NCBI GenBank assembly: GCA_963780555.1 | Contig: CAWACD010000001.1 | Span: 383,741 to 447,740 of the forward strand | DNA: 64,000 nucleotides | Source of the DNA: an uncultured Actinomycetota bacterium | GTDB taxonomy: Bacteria; Actinomycetota; Actinomycetes; Streptosporangiales; Streptosporangiaceae | Direction of reading: 5' to 3' | In this document: positions 47,645 through 57,821 of the stretch, one piece after another | Layout: each line of letters begins with the position of its first letter | Position numbering within the stretch: position 1 is the first letter of the stretch | Notes under the pieces: generated by a model | Databases searched by the model: none | Seen by the model: only the letters and a program-made list of their open reading frames with translations | Told to the model about the DNA's origin: nothing | Translations under genes and position numbers: made by a program

Positions 47645-48550
47645 CTAGCTGACCAGGCCCGCGTGGGCCACGGCCACCTCGGCGGCCAGTCCGGCGTTGT
47701 CGGCGATCAGCCGCTGGTTCACCTCGACGCTGCGCCCGCCGCTCAGCTCCTCGACCCTGGTCAGGATCGCCGGCGTCACCGCCTGGCCGGTCACGCCGAG
47801 GCTGGCGACCTCGCCCACGGCCTCGGCGACCAGGGCCTCGATATCCAGGCCGTCCGCGGGCGGCCGGGCCAGCAGCAGGCCGGACCGGCCGGACAGCTCC
47901 CAGTGCGCGGCGGCCACCTGCCCGGCCTCGGCGGCGCTGGACACGATGGCCGAGACCGCCGGGCCGCCGCCCGCGCTGTAGAACAGCGGCAGCGTGGCCG
48001 TGTTCCAGCCCAGCACGGGGATGCCCAGGGTCTCCAGCAGCTCAGCCGTGGCCTCGACGTCCAGGATCGACTTCGCTCCCGAGCACACCACCATGGCCTG
48101 AGTCCGGGCGATTCGCGGCAGGTCACCGGAAATGTCCAGGCTGTCGGCGAACCCCCGGTGCACGCCGCCGATGCCGCCGGTGCCCATGAACCGGATGCCT
48201 GCCACCCCGCAGACAGCCAGCGTGCCGCCGACCGTCGTCGCCCCCAGCGCGCCCTGGACCAGGCAGGCCGCGATGTCCCGGGCGCCGGCCTTGCGGGCGC
48301 CGATGCCGGCCTCGGCGAAGCGCTCCAGCTCGGCGTCGGCCAGCCCGACCCGCACCCGGCCGTCGATGATCCCGATGGTGGCCGGGACAGCCCCGGCGGC
48401 TCGCACCCGGTCCTGCGACTCCCTCGCGGCCAGCAGGCCGCGGCCGCCGGAGAAGCCGTGCGAGACCAGCGTGGTCTCCAGGGCCACGACCGGCCGGTTC
48501 TCGGCCAGGGCGGTCGCGACCTCCTCCGATAGCACCGGCGCGAACGTCAA
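47645..48550 (-). CDS. psuG: pseudouridine-5'-phosphate glycosidase
   Basis: VVALETTLVSHGF, TVGGTLAVCGVAGIRFMGTGGIGGVHRG, DISGDL and VVCSGAKSILD. A TTG start at 48550 overlaps the reconstructed psuK stop. Confidence 0.8.
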   Translation of the reverse strand: MTFAPVLSEEVATALAENRPVVALETTLVSHGFSGGRGLLAARESQDRVRAAGAVPATIGIIDGRVRVGLADAELERFAEAGIGARKAGARDIAACLVQGALGATTVGGTLAVCGVAGIRFMGTGGIGGVHRGFADSLDISGDLPRIARTQAMVVCSGAKSILDVEATAELLETLGIPVLGWNTATLPLFYSAGGGPAVSAIVSSAAEAGQVAAAHWELSGRSGLLLARPPADGLDIEALVAEAVGEVASLGVTGQAVTPAILTRVEELSGGRSVEVNQRLIADNAGLAAEVAVAHAGLVS

Positions 48551-49348
48551 GGCATGCCTCCCATCCTCGCCACCGCCCGCGCGGCAGCTGCCAGGCCGCG
48601 CGCGAACCCCGCCGAGCAGGTAACCCGCCGCGAACGCGTCTCCCGCGCCAGTTGCATCCACGGCATCGGTGCGCACGGCCGGATAATGCACTCCGCCCGC
48701 CCGGACACCGGCGGCGCCCAGCTTCAGCACCAGCTCCGGACCGGGGATCTCGCCGACCAGCGCCGCCTCCGCCTCCGTGCCGAACACGACATCGGGGGCC
48801 AGGTCCCCCAGCAGCCGGGCGAACCGGTCCGGCCCGAACTCGGTCAGTGCAGCCGTTGATGACAGGTCAATGCTAAGCCGGGCCTGCCGCGCGCCAGCGA
48901 GCGCCGCCGCGGCTCGTGCCGCCACCGCGATCGGCTCGCGGACCAGGCTGTAGGCGGGCAGGTGCAGCCAGTCGCAGTCCGCCAGCCAGGCCGGGTCCAG
49001 ATGATCGGCAGCCAGCTGCGGGCCCACGCCGCGGTCGGTCAGCATCGACCGCCGGGCGCCGCCGTGCGACAGCGACACCACCACCCCGGTCCGGCCCGGC
49101 AGGATCGGCCCGGCCAGGCTCACCCCGCGGGCGGCGAGCTCGGCCGTGACCAGGTCGGCGGCCGGATCGCTGCCGCGGGCGCAGATCAGGCGGCTCTGCC
49201 CGCCCAGGGCCGCGACCCAGGCGGCCACGTTGGCCGCCTGCCCGCCGGCCCCGACCGAGGTGCTGGCCGGGGTGTCGGTGTCCTCCGCCAGTGGCCCGAG
49301 AACACTGACGACGACGTCCAGGTGGGCATCCCCCAGGACGCAGATCAT
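48547..49348 (-). pseudogene. psuK: PfkB-family carbohydrate kinase (pseudouridine kinase-like), frameshift near the 3' end creates an apparent fusion to psuG
   Basis: MICVLGDAHLDVVV...GGQAANVAAW...DATGAGDAFAAGYLLGG. After the cccc run at about 48607-48610, an alternative frame gives FARGLAAAARAVARMGGMP followed by a stop. Confidence 0.7.
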
Positions 49349-49421
49349 GCGTGCTTCCGGTCCGTGGCGGCCAGGACCGGCAGAACTGGACGGGCGCCGG
49401 GCCGGGCGGCCGCCCGGCTGG

Positions 49422-50950
49422 TTACCAGTCAGCCCGCGACACCTGCGCAAGCCGGGTTGCTGTCGCCACGATCTTGGCCGCCATCGTCGCGATCTGCGCC
49501 CCTGGCCAGCCCGGGTGACTGGCCAGCAGGGCAAGCTCGGGGACGAACCGCGGAGCCGACACTGTGCCGACGCCCGAGGCCAGGTCGTAGCCCGGCCGGG
49601 CGCGGAACCCGCGGATGGTGCGGAGCTTGCCGCCCTGCCGGAACGAGACCGTGTTCCCGCCCGCGAGCACATCCGCCAGGCCCGGCGCGTGCATGGCCGA
49701 CAGCCGGTACAGAGCCGGGTTGACCAGCCCGATCGGGTGCCCGGCTACCTGGGCGGCCAGCGCCACGATCCCAGCGAACTCCGGCGTGGCCTCGCTGGTC
49801 CCGCACGTCGGGTACCACCCGGCGGGCTGGCCGCGGAAGCTCTGGTACATGTCGGCCGCCCCGTTGCAGGCCGCGCTCATCGAGATGTCCGGCACGCCGC
49901 GGGCGCCCCCGACAACTGCGGCCAGGCCGCCCTGGTACGCGGGCCGGCCGAAGATGACCGAGTTCCCGCCGCCCCCGGCCAGCGGAGCGGGACCCTTACT
50001 GCCCAGGATGAAGCGATTGGTCGCCGCGTTATAGGTGTCGTTCCACACGGTGGCCGGCCGCGGCCGGCCCGCGGCGGCCAGGTGCAGCTGCGTGCCGCCG
50101 ACGCCGGTGACCAGCGGGTCGCTGTCCGGCCAGGACGTCACCCGGTGCAGGTAATACGTCGAGCCGTTGAATTTCACGTCCGCCGCCCCGCTGTCCCCGG
50201 AGGCAGCCAGCACCGTGACTCCCGCGCGCGCCGCGGCGACGTAGGCACTGCGCAGGCTCAGCAGCGCGGATTTCGACGGGAATGTCTGCTCGGTCGCGCT
50301 GAAGCTCTGGCTGATCACCTCGCCGAGATGGTGACTGATGACGTATTTCTCGGCGGCCACGATCTGCGGGAACCCGGTCGTGCCCTCGTTCTCCGAGGTC
50401 GGCGTGGCCACTACCAGGATGCCCGCCCCCGGTGCGATCGCGTGCGCGTACTCCACGTCCAGGTCCGTCTCGCCGGCCCAGCCCGCCCGGTTACTGGTCG
50501 GCCGGTACGGCGGCACCTTGCCCGGCCGGCTCGATGACCCGCAGCGAGGGCGGCGCGGGCAGTCCCTCCGCCTTGTCGAAGACCGCCAGGTCGTGCCGCA
50601 CCGTCGGGGACCCGTAGGAGTCGACGATCACGATCGTCTGGCCGGCGCCCGGTTATGCCCTGCCGGTACAGCGCCGGCAGCTGATAGGCCCGCTGGATCT
50701 GGCGCGCCTGATAGCAGGCGATCTTGAAGTGCTTCTCGCAGTACGCCGTGCTGGGCGGGCTGCGTCGCGCGCTCTCGGCGCGGACCACCCCGGGCCGGAT
50801 CACCACGACGGGCCCGGCCGGGCGGCCCCCGGTGACCGCCGCCCCGGCGGCCGCCGCCCCGGTGACCGCTGTCGTGCCGGCCGCCCCGGACCCCGCCGCG
50901 CCGAGCAGCAGTGCCCCGGCGGCAGCCGCCGCGATCCGGGCAGGGCGCAT
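49422..50950 (-). pseudogene. S53 (sedolisin/kumamolisin-like) serine peptidase with a pro-domain, two frameshifts
   Basis: Signal MRPARIAAAAAGALLLGAAGS and pro-domain QIQRAYQLPALYRQGITG lie in one frame. GQTIVIVDSYGSPTVRHDLAVFDKAEGLP lies in a second frame. KVPPYRP...WAGETDLDVEYAHAIAPGA...LAASGDSGA...CGTSEATPEFAG lies in a third. Shifts are at about 50648 and about 50522. Confidence 0.7.
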
Positions 50951-51180
50951 TCCGAACTCCCTCAGGGCGGGCAGGCCGGGTCGGCCCGCTGGCTCAGAAC
51001 TGGCGCGGCCCGCCGGGCCAGGCCTGCCAGGCCGGGGCACAGTGCAGCTCGCAGCGCGTTTATCGGCAAAATTCGGGCGGCTGAAACCACCGGCGGGCGG
51101 CGCCGTCCGGCCGGCCGTGCGGCGCCAGCCCGGCCGGGGCGGCGTACCGTGGTGCCACTGGCGGATCGGAGACGGGCCCG

Positions 51181-51435
51181 ATGAAGCTCAAGCTGGACCT
51201 GCACGACATCTACAACCGCGGCACTGACATCGACCGGGCGCTGCGCGACATCATCGACGAGGCGGTCCGCAAGAAGGCCCCGATGGTCGAGATCATCCCT
51301 GGTAAGGGATCCGGCCAGCTGAAGAAGCACGTCATGCGGTTCCTGGAGCAGAAAGAGATCAAGGCCCTGTATCACCGGGTCGAGAAGGACTCCAAGAACT
51401 TCGGCCGGGTGTTCGTCCACTTCCGCTGGAAGTAG
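51181..51435 (+). CDS. stand-alone Smr domain protein
   Basis: 84 aa: LDLHDIYNRGTDIDRALRDIIDEAVRKKAPMVEIIPGKGSGQLKKHVMRFLEQ. This fits the LDLHG...IIHGKG.G.L Smr pattern. Confidence 0.6.
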   Translation: MKLKLDLHDIYNRGTDIDRALRDIIDEAVRKKAPMVEIIPGKGSGQLKKHVMRFLEQKEIKALYHRVEKDSKNFGRVFVHFRWK

Positions 51436-51498
51436 CGAACCGCTCCCAGCCACCTGCAGCGACGGCGCGGGGCGCGCTCTGACGCGGCTCGGGCCGCC

Positions 51499-52254
51499 TC
51501 ACGGCCGGGATCGCAGCACGGCGACCTCGGGGAACTCCTCCGGCGAGCCGTAACCGTGCTCGGCCAGCCAGCGCACGTTAGTCAGGCATCGCAGCGACCA
51601 CCAGGCGCGGATGAGGTCGCGGTCGACGTCGGCGCCGTAGCCGGCGACGACGTCGCCAAGGTGCTCATTGTGTCCGAGCGTGAGGATGGCGAGATCAAAG
51701 AGCGCGTCGCCCTGGGACGCCTCGGACCAGTCGACCACGCCGGTGACCTCGTCACCGGCGACGAAGACGTGGTCGACCTGCAGGTCGCCGTGGATGAACA
51801 CCGGTGTCCACGGCCGGAGCGCAGTCTCGGCGAGCCGGCGGTTGCGTGTGACCACGTCGGCGGGAAGGACGTCGCTGGCGACGAGCCACTCGCACTCATC
51901 GGCGAGGCGCGATGCGAGCTCGTCGAGGCTCCGGCCGGGCCATGGCGGCAGCGGCGCGTCGTGCAGCATCCGAGCGGCGGCGCCCGCCGCGGCCCACGCG
52001 GCCGACGAAGCGGCAGATGGCTCGCCGAGGTGGCCGAGTGCGGTCCCCGGGAGAGCGGCGAGCGCGAGCACGGGCGGCTTCCGCCACAGGATCTCCGGGG
52101 TCGGGACCGGCGCCATCGCCATCGCCTCGACCTCGACGTCGGTGCGGGTCTGATCAGCGTCGATCTTCACGAACACGCTGCCGACGCGCAGGGTCGCGCG
52201 CTCGTTATGGGCGACGACAACTTCGACCTCGTCTACGTCCATGCCGGCCATCAT
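51499..52254 (-). CDS. aminoglycoside/antibiotic phosphotransferase (APH) family kinase
   Basis: Start MMAGMDVDE at 52254. Motifs FVKID, FIHGDLQVDHVFV and VVDWSEASQGDALFDLA are present. Confidence 0.75.
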   Translation of the reverse strand: MMAGMDVDEVEVVVAHNERATLRVGSVFVKIDADQTRTDVEVEAMAMAPVPTPEILWRKPPVLALAALPGTALGHLGEPSAASSAAWAAAGAAARMLHDAPLPPWPGRSLDELASRLADECEWLVASDVLPADVVTRNRRLAETALRPWTPVFIHGDLQVDHVFVAGDEVTGVVDWSEASQGDALFDLAILTLGHNEHLGDVVAGYGADVDRDLIRAWWSLRCLTNVRWLAEHGYGSPEEFPEVAVLRSRP

Positions 52255-52405
52255 CGCGGATCTGACCACCGACGTCGCCGGGGTTATCTCGTGCGCCTGC
52301 GGGCCGGCTTCTAGGTCGACACGCCACAGTTGATGCGAGACACTCCGGCACCGCTCGGGAGCTGAACCTGGCTCAAGACGGCACGGGAGACTAGCCAGGT
52401 AGCTT

Positions 52406-53005
52406 GTGCCGGTGATCATCTGGCTGAACGGCGGGTTCGGCGCGGGGAAGACGACGCTGGCGGCGGAACTGCACCGGCGGCTCCCGGACGCGCTCGTGTA
52501 TGACCCGGAGGACGTCGGCATCATGCTGTGGAAGTGGCTGCCGTCCGACGGCGACTTCCAGCACCTGCCGAGCTGGCGGGAGCTGGTCGTTGCGACGGCG
52601 CTGTCGCTGCGCAAGCACCACGCGGACACGCTCATCGTCCCGATGTCGCTGATCCGCGACGCCTACCGGGCCGAGATCCTCGGCGGCCTGGCCGACGCGG
52701 GCGAGGATGTCCTGCACGTCTTCCTGAATACGGACGCCGGAGTACTCCGGGAGCGGCTCAATGCCCGCATGCCTGAGCCAGGCAAGGAATGGGACCAGCT
52801 CGCCCGCGAGGTCGGCATGACCGGCGTGGAGGAGATCATGGCTGCCGCTGCCCGCCAGCCCGGCGGCACGCTCATGCTGCGCTCGGACAGGCTCACCCCG
52901 GCCGAACTGGCCGACGAGGTGCTTACTGCGGCTGGCTTGAGCCAGGTTCACGCAGACGGCAAGCGGATGCGGCGGGCAGGACCGCACGGCTCAGGAGATA
53001 CCTAG
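52406..53005 (+). CDS. P-loop NTPase/kinase (AAA_33 / TmrB tunicamycin-resistance-like)
   Basis: VIIWLNGGFGAGKTTLAAEL Walker A at the extreme N-terminus, about 200 aa. Confidence 0.5.
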   Translation: MPVIIWLNGGFGAGKTTLAAELHRRLPDALVYDPEDVGIMLWKWLPSDGDFQHLPSWRELVVATALSLRKHHADTLIVPMSLIRDAYRAEILGGLADAGEDVLHVFLNTDAGVLRERLNARMPEPGKEWDQLAREVGMTGVEEIMAAAARQPGGTLMLRSDRLTPAELADEVLTAAGLSQVHADGKRMRRAGPHGSGDT

Positions 53006-53161
53006 GGCTGTGACCTGCGGCGGCAGCCCGGCCCCCCGCGCTGACCTGCGATGCCGAAGGCTGGAAAAATATCTCGGCCGGGGTGTCGTATCGAGACCAG
53101 TGCGTTCGTGGAGAAGGTGAGCGGCAGTCGTCCGGACTGCCCGTGAGCAGAGGAGCTTGAG

Positions 53162-53515
53162 ATGGCGCTGTACCTGATCGCCTTCAACGACGAGTGGGTG
53201 CCCGACCTCACGCAGGAGGAGCTGCGCGAGAGGGGCACGTCCGCCAGGGCCCTGATCGAGGAGATGACGGCCGCCGGTGTCTTCGTCTTCAGCGACGGCG
53301 GCCTGGACGCATCGACCGCCGTGTGCAGCGTCGACCCGGGCAGCGGCGAGCCCCTCTTCACCGACGGGCCGTACGTCGAGACCAAGGAGCACCTCGGCGG
53401 TTTCGCGGTCGTCGATGTGCCCGGCGATGCCGAGGCACGGTACTGGGCTGGCCGGATCGCGGTGGCGGTCGGCTGGCCGCAGGAGGTGCACCGCTTCCCT
53501 CATGCCCGGCGCTGA
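53162..53515 (+). CDS. YciI (YCII/DGPF) family protein
   Basis: MALYLIAFNDEW...DGPYVETKEHLGGFAVVDVPGDAEARYWA. Confidence 0.75.
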   Translation: MALYLIAFNDEWVPDLTQEELRERGTSARALIEEMTAAGVFVFSDGGLDASTAVCSVDPGSGEPLFTDGPYVETKEHLGGFAVVDVPGDAEARYWAGRIAVAVGWPQEVHRFPHARR

Positions 53516-53603
53516 GCGCTGATACGCAGGCCGAGGACTTGTCTTAACAGCCCCGGCTTCCGCGGGCGCTGGCTGCTGACGAGCGGCGCTGGCCCGTCCC
53601 GGC

Positions 53604-54071
53604 TCACAGGTATGTGTCCGGGACAGGTCCGAGAACGTCCATCTGGTGTCTCGCTGCAATGCTGTCCAGCAATTCCGGCGTGGCCGTCCCGGCCGCTTCT
53701 GCCAGGGCCAGTTCTTCGAAGTAACCGACCATCGCAGCTGGAGAGAACAGGTTGAGCTTCTGGCCGGCGCCCGCAGACACCACCCGGAACGTGTGGGGCA
53801 CCTCTTGCGGCACGTACACGAAGGTGCCCGGCGGGCAGAGTTGCTCCCGGCCCTCGATGTGCACGAGGTACTCGCCCTCGAGTACGTAGAACGCCTCGGC
53901 GGCGTCGCGATGAACGTGCAGCGGCGGCCCGAAGCCGGCTGGCTCGTTCTGAGTTCGCAGCAGTGCGAAAGCACCGGACGTCTGGGTGTTCGTGGCCAGG
54001 ACGACCGCCTCGAAGCCGCCCAGATCCAGGCGCCGCCCCTCGGTCGGCGGGACGATGAATGCTTCGCTCAT
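53604..54071 (-). CDS. cupin domain protein
   Basis: Start MSEAFIVPPTEG at 54071. Contains GPPLHVHRDAAEAFYVLEGEY...PGTFVYVPQEVPHTF. Confidence 0.75.
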   Translation of the reverse strand: MSEAFIVPPTEGRRLDLGGFEAVVLATNTQTSGAFALLRTQNEPAGFGPPLHVHRDAAEAFYVLEGEYLVHIEGREQLCPPGTFVYVPQEVPHTFRVVSAGAGQKLNLFSPAAMVGYFEELALAEAAGTATPELLDSIAARHQMDVLGPVPDTYL

Positions 54072-54144
54072 GGGCCACAGTGTCCTGGTCGGTGATGTAG
54101 CGCGCAAAGGCGCCGGGGACATCTCGCCAGGTCCAGCCCGCCCG

Positions 54145-55653
54145 TTAGCCGGGGCGGCTGAGGTGCCGCAGGCCCAGGAGACCCAGCAGGCCAGCCGCGG
54201 CCATGATCGCGCCTGCCAGCAGCAGGGCCAGCTCAAAGCCGCGCAGGAACGAGGCCGTCGCGGGCTCGAGGGCGAGCCGTCCCAGGGCGGCCGCGGCAGC
54301 GTGAACCTGGCCGCCTGCGACGTCAGCTCCGGCCTGCGCTGCGCTGTGCCGCTGGCCGGACGGGAAGGCCCCGGACTGCCGGTGCCAGTCGGCCAGGATC
54401 ACGCTGGCGCCGACCGAACCCAGGATGGCCAGTCCCATCGCTGTCCCGATCTGGCGGCAGGCATTGAACAAGCCGGAGCCAATCCCGGACGATCCCTCAG
54501 GAACCTGGGCCATGGCCGCTGTCGAGCCCGCCGGGACCATCAGGGCGAAGCCCACCCCGACCAGGATGTAGCAGGCCGCCGCCCACGCAAATGGTGTCGT
54601 GGTCGTCAGCTGGCTCATGCCGGCCATGCCCGCGGCGGCGATGAGGCAGCCCGACCCGACCGCCGAGGCCGCCGACAGCCGCTGCCCGATCCGCTTCCCG
54701 AGCTGAGCGACGAAGAAATACGGGACGCAGAAGAAGAGCCAGGACAGGCCAGTGCGAAGGGCGGACCATCCGTCAATATTCTGGAAGAACAGGGTGACGT
54801 AGTAAATGAATCCTGAGAACGCAAGGTAGGCGAGCAGGTAAACCGCACAGGCCCGGCCATATCCTGGTGTTCGCAGCAATGCCGCGGGGACCATGGGGTA
54901 TGCGGCCCTGCGCTCCCACACCACGAAGACAGCCAGGATCGCGGCGCCGGCCGCCACGCTGCCGGCCGCGACGGGCGAGCCCCACCCGGCGTCAGCGGAA
55001 TCAACGAAGCCAAAGGTCAGCAGGAGAAGACCGCACGCACTCAGCGCGACGCCCGCGCTGTCGAAGGGACGCGGCACGGACTCGCGGGACTCCGCGACTG
55101 CGACCAGGGAGATGGCCACGGCCAGCGCCCCGATCGGGACATTGACCCAGAAGATCGATGACCAGGGGAACACGCTGAGCAGCAACCCGCCGAGCACGCT
55201 GCCGCCGGCCACGGCCAGGCCGCTCACCGCGGCCCAGATTCCGATCGGACGGGTCCGCAGCTCCCGGGGATACGCCTCGGAGATCAGCGACAGTGTCAGC
55301 GCGGACATGACGGCGCCGCCAATTCCCTGCACGACCCGGAAACCGATCAGCATCCCCCCGGACACCGACAGAGCACAGCCCGCCGACGCCAGCGTGAAGA
55401 GGATGAGCCCGGCCACGAAAACGCGCTTGCGCCCGAAATGGTCGCCCAGCGCTCCCCCCAGGGGGATCAGCGCGGCCAGGGCCAGGGCATAGGCGCTCAC
55501 CACCCACTCCAGGCCGGCGGGAGAGAGCTGGAGCTCGCGCTGCATGGCTGGCAGGGCGACGCTCACGATCAGGACATCAAGCACCATCATGACCTGAGCA
55601 GTGCAGGCCACCGTCAGGGTCAGCCGCCGCCTGGATGTTCCCCCGGGAGCCAT
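54145..55653 (-). CDS. MFS transporter, DHA2 (EmrB/QacA, 14-TMS) family
   Basis: 502 aa. Contains LDVLIVSVALPAMQREL and LGDHFGRKRVF, with many TM segments. Confidence 0.85.
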   Translation of the reverse strand: MAPGGTSRRRLTLTVACTAQVMMVLDVLIVSVALPAMQRELQLSPAGLEWVVSAYALALAALIPLGGALGDHFGRKRVFVAGLILFTLASAGCALSVSGGMLIGFRVVQGIGGAVMSALTLSLISEAYPRELRTRPIGIWAAVSGLAVAGGSVLGGLLLSVFPWSSIFWVNVPIGALAVAISLVAVAESRESVPRPFDSAGVALSACGLLLLTFGFVDSADAGWGSPVAAGSVAAGAAILAVFVVWERRAAYPMVPAALLRTPGYGRACAVYLLAYLAFSGFIYYVTLFFQNIDGWSALRTGLSWLFFCVPYFFVAQLGKRIGQRLSAASAVGSGCLIAAAGMAGMSQLTTTTPFAWAAACYILVGVGFALMVPAGSTAAMAQVPEGSSGIGSGLFNACRQIGTAMGLAILGSVGASVILADWHRQSGAFPSGQRHSAAQAGADVAGGQVHAAAAALGRLALEPATASFLRGFELALLLAGAIMAAAGLLGLLGLRHLSRPG

Positions 55654-56130
55654 GACCCGTCTACTTACCCGCTCGGCGACCGGCCAGGGCGCTGCCTAGG
55701 TCCAGTATTTGCGGGCGGCCATGGCACGGCGGCGGGGCGGGCGGCGATGCCGGGCGCCGGCCGTCCAGGAGGTGCCTGCGGCCGGGCTACTCGCGTGCCG
55801 GCCGTCTGGCTGGCGGTCGGCTAACCGGGGCTGGCCCGGCTGCTGCCGGGCCGCCTGTGCCACGGCGGACAGCACCGAATCGTCGACGGCGTCGGCCGTC
55901 CAGGCAAGGCCCATCTACTGTTTCCCCCTGCGATGTCAGCCGTCGGTGCTGGTCCGTGCTACAGCGCGGCTGCGCCATCCCCGAGCGGACATGTTCCCAT
56001 GTCACCGGCCTGATGTCCGTGATTCGAGAGCACCCGGTCACCCCCCGGGGTGAGTCCGGCCCGCGGTGACCTAGCCTGCGTGAACTGCCGGAATCGGGAG
56101 AATACCTCCGGTTTGCGAAGCTATGTCAAA

Positions 56131-56532
56131 ATGGCCCGCATGAAACTCCTGTTGCGGGTGCTGATCTCCGCGGCCGCGCTCGCCGTCGCGACGTGGGCGG
56201 TGCCCGGCATCGAGCTGCGCGCGGGCAGCACGGCATCCAAGATCCTGACGCTGATCGTCGTCGCGCTCATCGTGGGCGTTGTCAACGCGGTGCTCAAGCC
56301 GATCGTGAAGACCATCGGCTGCGTGTTCTACATCCTGACCCTCGGCCTGATCGGCCTGGTGGTCAACGGCCTGCTGCTGTGGCTGAGCAGCTGGGTGGCC
56401 GGCAAGCTGACGCTGCCCTTCCACATCACCGGCTTCTGGCCGGCGTTCTGGGGCGCGATCATCATCGGGATCGTCGGCTGGATCCTCAACCTGTTCCTGC
56501 ACGACGATAAGGACGGCCAGCGGGCGGGCTAG
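56131..56532 (+). CDS. small 4-TM membrane protein (PF04020 / DUF360, 'phage holin family 4'-like)
   Basis: MARMKLLLRVLISAAALAVATWAVPGI...VNAVLKPIVKTIGCVFYILTLGLIGLVVNGLLLWL. Confidence 0.6.
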   Translation: MARMKLLLRVLISAAALAVATWAVPGIELRAGSTASKILTLIVVALIVGVVNAVLKPIVKTIGCVFYILTLGLIGLVVNGLLLWLSSWVAGKLTLPFHITGFWPAFWGAIIIGIVGWILNLFLHDDKDGQRAG

Positions 56533-56615
56533 CCGCAGACCGCCCGTCAGCCGGCCCGCGTGGCGATGTCGCGCCTCCCGGCACAGGTCTTAGTGTTCGG
56601 TGACGGGAGGTGGCG

Positions 56616-57821
56616 ATGTCCCAGACCGGGCCGCCGTGGACCGTCGTGGACCTGTTCTCCGGGGCCGGCGGCATGAGCTACGGCTTTCACGCGCACCCGG
56701 GCTTCCGGGTGGCCGGTGCGGTCGACGCCCAGCTCGGCAAGCCGAGCGCCGGCCGGGGCACGCTGGGCTGCAACGTCAGCTACCAGGCCAACCTCGGCCT
56801 GGAGCCGCTGGAGGCCGACCTAGCCGCCGCTGACCCCGAGGCGGTGTGCGCGGCGCTGGGCCTGGCCGCGGGCCAGGTCACCGTGCTGGCGGCCTGCCCG
56901 CCGTGCACCGGGTTCTCGCGCACCCTGGCCCGCAATCACCTGCGCGACGACCGGCGGAACGGCCTGGTCCGGCGGGTCGCCCGGTTCGCCGAGGTACTGC
57001 GCCCGGACATCGTGCTGCTGGAGAACGCCCGTGAGCTGGTCATGGGCCGGTTCGCCGGGCACCTGACCAGTCTCCTGACCGACCTGACCGCGCTGGGTTA
57101 CCAGGCCACCGCGGCGACCCACCTGCTCGATCGCTTCGGCCTGCCGCAGCGGCGCGAGCGGGCCCTGGTGATCGCGGCCCGGCGGCCGCTGCCCCTGCAT
57201 GATCTGACGGACTTGTGGGACGGCTGGCAGATCAGCCCCAAGGCCACCCACGTCCGCCGGGCGATCTGGGAGCTGCCGCCGGTCCCCGCGGGAGCCGCCG
57301 ATCCCGCCGATGACCTGCACGTGTCGCCATCGCTCAGCGCCGAGGCGAATCGGCGGCGGCTGGCCGCCATCCCGCCGGACGGCGGCAGCTGGGCGGACCT
57401 GATCCGGCACCCGGACGCCGCCGCGCTGCTGACGCCCGCGATGCGGCGCCGGGCTGCCGCCGGTGACCTGGGCAGCCATCCCGACGTCTACGGCCGCCTG
57501 TGGTGGGACCGGCCCGCGGTAACGATCAAGCGCGAGTGCGGCCATATTGGTAATGGCCGCTATGCCCATCCCGATCAGGACCGCCTGTGCACGGTCCGGG
57601 AAATGGCGATCTTGCAGGGCTTCCCGAGCGGATACCGCTTCGCCGGATCGCTCTCGAACATGTACCGGCACATCGGCGATGCCGTGCCGCCGCTGATCAG
57701 CTTCCAGCTCGCGGCGGCGTGCCGGTGGATGCTGACCGGCGAGCGGCCTGAGCCGGCCGGCCTGATTCTGCCCGGCTGTCACCTGACGAGCGACGATATC
57801 GAGGCGGCCAGCCACGCCTGA
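56616..57821 (+). CDS. DNA (cytosine-5)-methyltransferase
   Basis: ATG follows a GGGAGG RBS. Motif I is VDLFSGAGGMSYGF. The catalytic motif IV is ACPPCTGFS. Motif VI is LLENAREL. REMAILQGFPSGYRF and motif X IGDAVPPLIS are also present. Confidence 0.85.
   Translation: MSQTGPPWTVVDLFSGAGGMSYGFHAHPGFRVAGAVDAQLGKPSAGRGTLGCNVSYQANLGLEPLEADLAAADPEAVCAALGLAAGQVTVLAACPPCTGFSRTLARNHLRDDRRNGLVRRVARFAEVLRPDIVLLENARELVMGRFAGHLTSLLTDLTALGYQATAATHLLDRFGLPQRRERALVIAARRPLPLHDLTDLWDGWQISPKATHVRRAIWELPPVPAGAADPADDLHVSPSLSAEANRRRLAAIPPDGGSWADLIRHPDAAALLTPAMRRRAAAGDLGSHPDVYGRLWWDRPAVTIKRECGHIGNGRYAHPDQDRLCTVREMAILQGFPSGYRFAGSLSNMYRHIGDAVPPLISFQLAAACRWMLTGERPEPAGLILPGCHLTSDDIEAASHA

Noticed and set aside
56131-56532. 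'Phage holin family' protein as evidence for a prophage
   Set aside because: No integrase, terminase, capsid, tail or attachment-site repeats are seen nearby. This small 4-TM family is common in actinobacterial chromosomes outside prophages.
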